A stretch of DNA of 64,000 bases from Candidatus Aminicenantes bacterium (GTDB lineage Bacteria; Acidobacteriota; Aminicenantia; Aminicenantales; Saccharicenantaceae), in the NCBI GenBank assembly GCA_963813235.1, contig CAWEYF010000015.1, forward strand, positions 283,003-347,002. Direction: 5' to 3'. The translations under genes were made by a program, and so were the position numbers. Shown here one piece after another: positions 57,711 through 64,000 of the stretch (its first letter is position 1; the number at the start of each line of letters is the position of its first letter). The notes under the pieces were generated by a model, which saw only the letters and a program-made list of their open reading frames with translations, had not been told where the DNA came from and made no database searches.

Positions 57711-58831
57711 GCCCGGGCTCCGCGCTCGGCCCAGGCCTTCCGAGGTAGGCGGAGATCTCTCTCCTTGAACACTTTCCCGGGAGAATCTCATGGCGTTCGA
57801 CCTGATCGGTTTCCTTATTACATGCGAAGGTCCGGAATTTGTCAAGCGCGCCCAGGAGGCCGGGGACCGTCGGCTCAGCGAAGAGAAGCCCGGTCTCCCC
57901 GGCGACGACGGTCTCCAGGGAGCCTCCCCGGCCGTAGGCGATGACGGGCGTCCCGCAGGCCTGGGCTTCGAGGGTGGCGATGCCGAAATCCTCCTCGCCG
58001 GGCAGGATGAAAGCGCGGTCGCTCCCCGATAGAGCCGCCGGAGGTCGTCGGCGCTCGACGCTCCCAGGAACTCGACGTTCGACCGGGCGCACCTCCGGAG
58101 CGCCCGGTATTCGGGCCCGGTGCCGACGATCTTCAGCGGGGCGCCCGTCCGGTTGAAGGCGTCGATCGGCCAGGTCGATCCTTTTGTAGGGGACGAGGGC
58201 CGAGACGATGAGGTAGTAGATCTCCGCGGACGCCGGACTCGTCCGGCGGGAAGAACTCCGTGTCCACGGGCGGCGGGATGACGTCGGCCTCACGCCGGTA
58301 GTACTTCTCGATCCGGCGGGCGACGTTGGCCGAGTTGGCGACGAAGTGGTCCACCCGCGCGGCCGAGGTCACGTCCCAGATCCGCAGGCCGTGGATGACG
58401 GGCGGGATGAGCCACCGGGAGAACGGGGACAGCCGGTCCGGCGCGAAATAGGAGAAATACAGGTTCCAGGCGTAGCGCATCGGGGAATGGATGTAGGAGA
58501 CATGGAGGGCGTCGGGCGCGCGGGATGACGCCCTTGGCCACGCAATGGGAGGTCGAGACGACGAGGTCGTATTCCTGGAGGTCGAACATCTCGACGGCCA
58601 GGGGAAGAGCGGCAGGTAGGAGCGATACTTTTTCTCGAGGAACGGCATGCCCTGGAGGAAACTCGTCCGGATGTCGCGCTTCTCGATGTCCGGGTGCTGG
58701 CTGCCCTTGAAGTGGAAGAGCGTGTAGATCGGGGCCTTGGGGAAGATCTCGGCCAGGACCTCCAGGACCTTTTCGCCCCCCCTCTGGCCGGTCAGCCAGT
58801 CGTGGACGAGGGCGACCTTCAAGTTTTCCAT
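57707..58831 (-). pseudogene. GT4-family glycosyltransferase, multiple frame changes
   Basis: MENLKVALVHDWLTGQRGGEKVLEVLAEIFPKAPIYTL (typical GT4 start); HVSYIHSPMRYAWNLY; EDFGIATLEAQACGTPVIAYGRGGSLETV. The pieces are in three frames. The restored C-terminus ...KAWAERGARA* ends in the ATGA at 57707-57710. Confidence 0.8.
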
Positions 58832-58839
58832 CGTCGGTA

Positions 58840-58868
58840 ATTATATCTCAAGAGGAGGCTAGTTTAAA
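58840..58868 (-). promoter_or_regulatory. candidate promoter giving a leaderless transcript for the GT4-wbaP unit
   Basis: On the minus strand: TTTAAA (58868-58863), 17-nt spacer, perfect TATAAT (58845-58840), then only 8 nt to the ATG at 58831. No SD is present. Confidence 0.4.
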
Positions 58869-58978
58869 GCGACACGGCTCGCCCGGAGGGAGAAGCCATC
58901 CCTCCCTCTCAAGACGGGGATTCACGAGAGGCCTGAGACCCCGGCGGAATGCCCTTCGACCCCTAGAACCAGCCCTTT

Positions 58979-59944
58979 TTATTCCGGACATAGGTCTGGG
59001 CAAAATCCTCGTCCGGTTTCGTCAAGTAAAGGATCCCTTCGATGAAGCTGATCAGGCCCATCGCCGCGGGAGCGAGCCCGATCGACCACGGAGAGGATGC
59101 TCTCGACCACGAGGTCGGGAGCGTCCAGGTAGAGGTAGTGAGAACTGCGCTCGGCCAGGACAAACCGGCCGTTCGAGGACTTCCGGCTCAGGGCGAGGCT
59201 CTGTTCAATCCAGAAATCTTGATATTCCTCGGCGACGGCTCCGAACCGGGGATTGGGCGCCCCGGCGGCCATCACCACGAGGGCCGTTTTGCCGAAGGAC
59301 GGGATCTCCGCGGCCAGTCTCGCACTCTCCCCGAACATCTCGCGATGTTCCGATGCGATCATCCGGAAGAACCCCGCCCGGGCCCTCTCCATCGCGTCCG
59401 GCGAACCGGCGCCCGAGTCAGCGATGGCCTGCCATTCCGCGGTCATTCTCTCGGCCATCGCCCCGAGCTCCGCATACTCCTTCTTGAGCAGGAAGGAAAT
59501 GGGCGGAGGGTCGAGCAGGACGATCCCGGCCACGTCTTTCGGGTACTTCGTGGCGAAGACCTGGGCGTTGAGCGCGCCCAGCGAATGGCCGACGATCACG
59601 TACGGTCCGGGGATCGAGGCCGCGTCGAGGAGCGCCTTGAGTTCCTCCGCCTCGCGACCGCTGTGCCGCGGGAGCGGTCCCGTCTCGCTTCGCCCGTATC
59701 CCGCGCGATCGTAGGTACAGACCAGGATGGCTTTGGCGAGGCGGTCCTGCAGAGGCTTCAGCCTATCGATGCCGTCGGTGATTCCCGCGTCGATGACGAC
59801 GACGGGAGAGCCCTCCCCCTCCAGGCGCATCTGAAGGCGATGCGTCCCCACGCTAAAGATCAGGTCGGAGGCGGAGGGTCTTCCCCCTGTGCAGAAAACA
59901 AGGGACAGACCGGCCGCTATGAGCAGGACCTTCTTCGTGTTCAA
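58979..59944 (-). CDS. alpha/beta-hydrolase-fold lipoprotein
   Basis: TTG start at 59944 after AGAGGGAGGA. (M)NTKKVLLIAAGLSLVFC lipobox. Nucleophile elbow VGHSLGA. The upstream 154 codons of listed ORF 58979..60406 overlap the neighbouring GT4 and are not credible. The C-terminal about 40 codons are uncertain (see findings). Confidence 0.7.
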   Translation of the reverse strand: MNTKKVLLIAAGLSLVFCTGGRPSASDLIFSVGTHRLQMRLEGEGSPVVVIDAGITDGIDRLKPLQDRLAKAILVCTYDRAGYGRSETGPLPRHSGREAEELKALLDAASIPGPYVIVGHSLGALNAQVFATKYPKDVAGIVLLDPPPISFLLKKEYAELGAMAERMTAEWQAIADSGAGSPDAMERARAGFFRMIASEHREMFGESARLAAEIPSFGKTALVVMAAGAPNPRFGAVAEEYQDFWIEQSLALSRKSSNGRFVLAERSSHYLYLDAPDLVVESILSVVDRARSRGDGPDQLHRRDPLLDETGRGFCPDLCPE

Positions 59945-59982
59945 TCCTCCCTCTTGATCAATATCCTGGCTGCCCGGGGTTG

Positions 59983-61118
59983 TTAACTCCGGGACTTGGC
60001 GGATATGACCTCGAGATAAAGCGTTTCCGTTTCGCCGATCATGCGCTCGACGGAGAATCGGGGCGGGATCTCGTTCCGGGCAGCCTCGCCGAGACGAGCG
60101 GCGAACGCCTTGTCCTTGAGAAGAAAGAGGATCGACGCGGCCAGCGCACCCGGGTCGCGGGGCCGTACGAGCATCCCGGTCGCCCCGCTCCGGATGACCT
60201 CGCGGACGCCGTCGATATCGGCGGCGATGATGGGCTTCCCCAGGGCGGCGGCCTCGACGAGCACGTAGGGCAGGCCTTCCCAGAGAGACGGCAGGACGAA
60301 CAAATCCGCGGCGGCCAGAATATCCGCGCGTCCTTTCTCTCCCCGAGGAGCGCGGCATGATCCCCCAGCCGCATCGCTTTGAGCTCGGCCCCCAGCCGGT
60401 CGGCAAGCGGTCCGCCTCCTGCGACCACGACCCGCACGGCCGGGATCTCGGCGCGGACGAGAGGAACGGCCCTTAGGAGATAAGTCACGCCCTTCTGCCG
60501 ATGGAGACGGGATACCGCGACGACCAGCGGTCTCCCCACGGCCCCGAGCTCGGCCCGCACCGCGGCGGGATCGCGGAGGCGCTCGGGCGGGATCGGAGCG
60601 ACTCCGTTTCTTATGAGCCGGGCCTTTGGCGGTAAAGCGAGCCTCAGGCGCGCGGCTCGCTCCATGTCCGCTAACGAAACGAAGACGACCGCGTCCGTGG
60701 ACCGGGAAAGCCGGCGCTCGAGGAGGATCGAGGCCCGTTTGGCCGCGGGATTCCGGTAGTGGAGATAGTGGATGCCGTGGATCGTATGGACGACGGCCGG
60801 GGTCCCGGCTCTCCGGGCCGCCAGGCGCCCGTAGAGCCCGGCGATGCCGCCGTGGGTATGGAGGATGTCGACGGCGTTTTCCTGAAGGACCGAGGCGATG
60901 GCTCCGGCCGCCGAGAGGCCGGAGAATTTTCCGAGCCTGATAGGAATGTGACGAATCCCGATCTTTTCGAGCTCGTCGACCAGCGGGCCACCCTCCTCGG
61001 ACGCAACGAGGACCTCGAACTTCTCTTTGTCCAGGCCCCGAGCCAGCGTCAGGACGGTGATCTGCCCCCCGCCGAGGAACGGCCTGTCGATCATTTCGAG
61101 GATCCTGACGCGTGTCAC
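59983..61118 (-). pseudogene. GT4-family glycosyltransferase, one frame change
   Basis: GTG start in a GTGA overlap (61115-61118). MTRVRILEMIDRPFLGGGQITVLTLARGL... reads cleanly to ...LGERKDA. The frame switches at about 60330 to DILAAADLFVLPSLWEGLPYVLVEAAALGKPIIAADIDGVREV...SRS* (stop at 59983). Confidence 0.85.
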
Positions 61119-62026
61119 GGCCGCCCACCCTTCGCCCCCCGGAGGGCTTCCCGGAACTCGCTCCGGAGCGCCGCTCCGTCCGGGTCCCGTCCGAACGCGC
61201 CTCTCAACGACAGCCCGGCCAGGGAGAGCCTCAGGTAGGCCTTGAGGAGTCGGAGCGAGGCCGTCGAGCCATACTTCCGATAGAATCGCAGTTGGCTTTT
61301 CCGGTATTCCACGCGGCTCCGGAGCGGACGGGCCGAGGTCACGGCGCCGCCGTGATGCAAGGAAATGGCGGCGGGAAGGAATATCACCCGGAATCCCTTA
61401 TCGAGGATCCGCTCGCAGAGATCGATGTCCTCGAAGTAGAGGAAGAACCCCTCGTCGAATCCTCCGGACTCCAGGAACGCCTTCCGCCGGGCCAGCAGGA
61501 ACGCCCCGCTCACCCAGCGGACCTCGCGCCGGAGCCGGTCCTTTCGGAGGGCCCGAGTCCGCAGACGGTTCAGCAGGCCCTTCTTCGCGAATTCCGCGAA
61601 GAAGCTTGTCCGGCCGCCGAACGAGGCCTGGAACGATCCCGCAGGCGTGAGGAGGGCAGGGCCGACGACGCCCGTGTCCGGATGGGCCCGCATTTCTTCC
61701 ATGAGGAGCTCGAGCGTGCCCGGGTGGAGGATGACGTCGGTGTTCATGAAGAGGATGAACTCGCCCCGGCTTTCCCGGGCGGCCCGGTTATTCGCCCGGC
61801 CGAAACCCTCGTTCTTTGCGTTTCGGATGAGCCTGACCCGGGGAAATCGCTCGGCGACGAGAGAAGCGCTCCCGTCGGACGAGGCGTTGTCGACGACGAT
61901 GATCTCGCGGTCGAAGCCTCCGGCCTTCTCATCGATCGAGGACAGGCATTCCGGAAGATGGGCCCCGTCGTTGAAATTCACCAGGATGATCGAAAGGACG
62001 GGCGCGGGACCGGTCTCAGCCTTCAA
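61115..62026 (-). CDS. GT2-family glycosyltransferase
   Basis: TTG start at 62026, with GGAGGA 5 nt upstream, inside the end of the preceding gene. LSIILVNFNDGAHLPECLSSI...IIVVDNASSDGS...FMNTDV (DxD) ...FFLYFEDIDLCERI. The upstream 87 codons of listed ORF 61115..62287 overlap the GT4 gene. Confidence 0.85.
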   Translation of the reverse strand: MKAETGPAPVLSIILVNFNDGAHLPECLSSIDEKAGGFDREIIVVDNASSDGSASLVAERFPRVRLIRNAKNEGFGRANNRAARESRGEFILFMNTDVILHPGTLELLMEEMRAHPDTGVVGPALLTPAGSFQASFGGRTSFFAEFAKKGLLNRLRTRALRKDRLRREVRWVSGAFLLARRKAFLESGGFDEGFFLYFEDIDLCERILDKGFRVIFLPAAISLHHGGAVTSARPLRSRVEYRKSQLRFYRKYGSTASLRLLKAYLRLSLAGLSLRGAFGRDPDGAALRSEFREALRGAKGGRP

Positions 62027-63167
62027 GGCATTCCTCCAACACGCGCTCGATCTTCCGGAGTTGGCCTTCGAGGGAATAGTCCGCGGCGACGAACCTCCGC
62101 CCGCCTTCGCCGAGCCTTCGGGCGAGCGCCGGGTCGTCGAGAAGGCGGGCGATCGCGGCCGCCAGGAGCGCGGGCTCCGGCGACTCCACGAGCAACCCGG
62201 TTTCGCCGTCACGGACCACCTCCGGGAGCCCTCCTGCCGCAACGGCGACGACGGGCGTCCCGGCGGCCATGGCTTCGAGCGCGACACGACCCAAGGAATC
62301 TACCGACGACGCGACGACGAGGACATCGAGCAAGCCGGTGATCACGTCAAAATCATCGCGATAGCCGAGGGACAGGACGTTCCGCTCCAGCCCGAGTCTG
62401 CCGACGGTCTCGTAGATCCTTTCGTCATACCGCGCGTCACCTACCGCACCGATCACGAGGAGCCGGAGATCCGGGCGGGCGCGCCGGAGGATATCCGTCG
62501 CCAGCACGGCCTCCATCTGCCCCTTGCCGGGGTAGATCTTGCCGACGATGCCGATGGCCGGAGCGCCCGGCTCGATGCCCAGGGAAATCCTGAGGGCGGA
62601 CGTGTCGGGCACCGGGCCGTTGCGCGTGGCGATGCCGTTCCCGATGACGACGGCCTTGCCGGACCCCGCGAAGGCCCGGGCCGAAGCCTCGGAGTTGGCG
62701 ACGATGCGGTCCGAGAGCCGGGTCATGCGCCGGACGAAGGCCTTGCGCCCCCAGAGGCACCTGAGGAGTGGCCTTTCCCCGTCGAGGATCTCGTGGACGA
62801 ACCAGACGTGGGGAACGCTCGCCCGCCGGGCGGCTAAAGCGCCCGTCCAGATCGCCGCCGTATTCGTGACAACGAGACCGATCCCCCGGCGGCGAATGAG
62901 CCGCGCCGCCGCCCGCACGATTCGGATGTTCCAGGCCCAGGAGAACAGCTGCTTCCAGACCTTGCGGCCTTCCGTCAGGGTCCACTTCATGGGCAGGAGC
63001 AGGCATTCGATCCCGGCTGCGGCCGCGGCCTCTGCCAGCGGCCCGGGACGCGGGACGACGAGGAGCGGAGAGAACTTCCGGCGGTCGAGCCCCCGGACCG
63101 TGTCCAGGAGCATCCTCTCGGCCCCGTTGAGCTCGGATGAATGGGACACGAACAGGACGTTCGTCAT
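62016..63167 (-). CDS. GT4-family glycosyltransferase
   Basis: 383 aa, intact. MTNVLFVSHSSELNGAERMLLD...; C-terminal ...DSLGRVALEAMAAGTPVVAVAAGGLPEVV. Confidence 0.85.
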   Translation of the reverse strand: MTNVLFVSHSSELNGAERMLLDTVRGLDRRKFSPLLVVPRPGPLAEAAAAAGIECLLLPMKWTLTEGRKVWKQLFSWAWNIRIVRAAARLIRRRGIGLVVTNTAAIWTGALAARRASVPHVWFVHEILDGERPLLRCLWGRKAFVRRMTRLSDRIVANSEASARAFAGSGKAVVIGNGIATRNGPVPDTSALRISLGIEPGAPAIGIVGKIYPGKGQMEAVLATDILRRARPDLRLLVIGAVGDARYDERIYETVGRLGLERNVLSLGYRDDFDVITGLLDVLVVASSVDSLGRVALEAMAAGTPVVAVAAGGLPEVVRDGETGLLVESPEPALLAAAIARLLDDPALARRLGEGGRRFVAADYSLEGQLRKIERVLEECLEG

Positions 63168-64000
63168 CCTACCCCCGCCGTCCGTTCATAGAAAGCAAGC
63201 GTCCGTCGGGCGGTCTCGGCCCAGCTGAACCCGGAAGCCCGCCGCTTCCCCCGCTCCGCGAGGTCGCGCCGCCGCTGTTCGTCTCCCAGGAGCTCCAGCA
63301 TGACCCGGGCCATGTCCGCGGGATCTTCGGGCTCGAAATAGGCCGCCGCGTCGCCTCCGACCTCGGGAAGAGCGCCGGCCCTGGATACCGCGGCCGGGAG
63401 GCCCGAGGCCATGGCTTCGAGGAGGGGCAGGCCGAACCCCTCGCACAGCGAAGGGAAGACGAGGAGCCGGGCGAGCCGGTAGAGATCGCGCACCTCCGTG
63501 TCCGGGAGATAGCCAAGGTTTCGGACCGCGGGCCTGAGGCCGAGCCTCTCCGCGGCCGCGGCAACCCCGGCTGAAGCCTCCCCTTCCCTCCCGGCCAGGA
63601 CGAGGTCGACCGGTTCTCCGGCCCGCCGGACACGGGCCAAGGCCTCGAGGAGATTCACGAGGTTCTTCCGCCTTTCCACGGCCCCGACGAAAAGGACGAA
63701 GCGTTCCGGGAGGCGGTGCTTGCGCCGCGTCTCTTCCAAGACCGCGGCCGGGACCTCTTCGGCGAACAGGGGGTCCAGGCCGAGCGGCGCGACCGAGATC
63801 TTCTCCTCGGGCACAGGAAACCGGTCGAGGATGGACGTGCGGGTGAATTCGGAGATGGCAAGGATGCCGTCGGCCGCGGCGAGGGAAGCGCCTGCGGTCC
63901 CCGCGAAAACGCGCCGGGCCTCCCGGACGGACCGTCGCGGGGTCGTCGAGGAAGAACAGGTCATAGACCGTGACGATCTTCCGCGAGCGGCCCGGCAGGG
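63164..64000 (-). pseudogene. GT4-family glycosyltransferase, 5' end outside the window, one frame change near 63950
   Basis: ...FVLFVGAVERRKNLVNLLEA...LLVFPSLCEGFGLPLLEAMASGLPAAVSRAGALPEV...ERTAGVG* (ATGA overlap 63164-63167). Upstream of 63950 the sensible reading (KIVTVYDLFFLDDPATV) is in another frame and runs off the window. Confidence 0.8.

Overview
GC-rich (about 65% in spot counts) chromosomal segment from a diderm bacterium. The phylum cannot be fixed from the sequence alone. I found no rRNA, tRNA, CRISPR array, transposase or integrase. Left to right: a partial methyltransferase; a molybdenum-cofactor (Moco) oxidoreductase operon (2Fe-2S subunit, TAT-signal Moco subunit, membrane protein) divergent from its maturation genes (XdhC family, MocA-like); a GT39-like glycosyltransferase; a TolC-MFP-RND efflux operon; formamidase, LOG and an HpcH-type aldolase; an LpxR-like outer-membrane (OM) protein and ffh; a secreted protein; accB-accC; a PA-IL-like lectin lipoprotein; suhB; a MacA-like adaptor with an ABC ATPase; a Yip1-like protein; a DUF4388 protein; miaA; hflX; a TPR/SLH lipoprotein; and pgsA. 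A visibly lower-GC block of about 22.6 kb follows (31.0-53.7 kb). It holds two divergent, translationally coupled operons: (a) three glycosyltransferases, an MsbA-like ABC exporter, a kinase-fold protein, an OM barrel, a LolA-like protein and a membrane protein; (b) a DevA/DevB/DevC-type tripartite exporter plus DUF2177. After these come an intact 2907-aa cyclic beta-1,2-glucan-synthase-like gene and a small lipoprotein. The right end carries a di-heme peroxidase, a beta-barrel with a single CxxCH motif, and a polysaccharide cluster (WbaP-like primer transferase, several GT4s, one GT2, a lipoprotein hydrolase). A major caveat applies: many genes, including essential ones (ffh, accC, hflX, miaA, pgsA), are broken by single-base frame changes. 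The sites I pinned down to the base (ffh, wbaP start, GT39, MFP) are at short homopolymers. The 22.6-kb block is essentially free of such breaks. I list disrupted genes as pseudogenes 'as assembled', but I think assembly or consensus error is the likelier cause. The most interesting candidate is the glycoconjugate assembly/export locus with the adjacent giant glucan synthase. All family assignments come from motif recognition by eye, not from searches.
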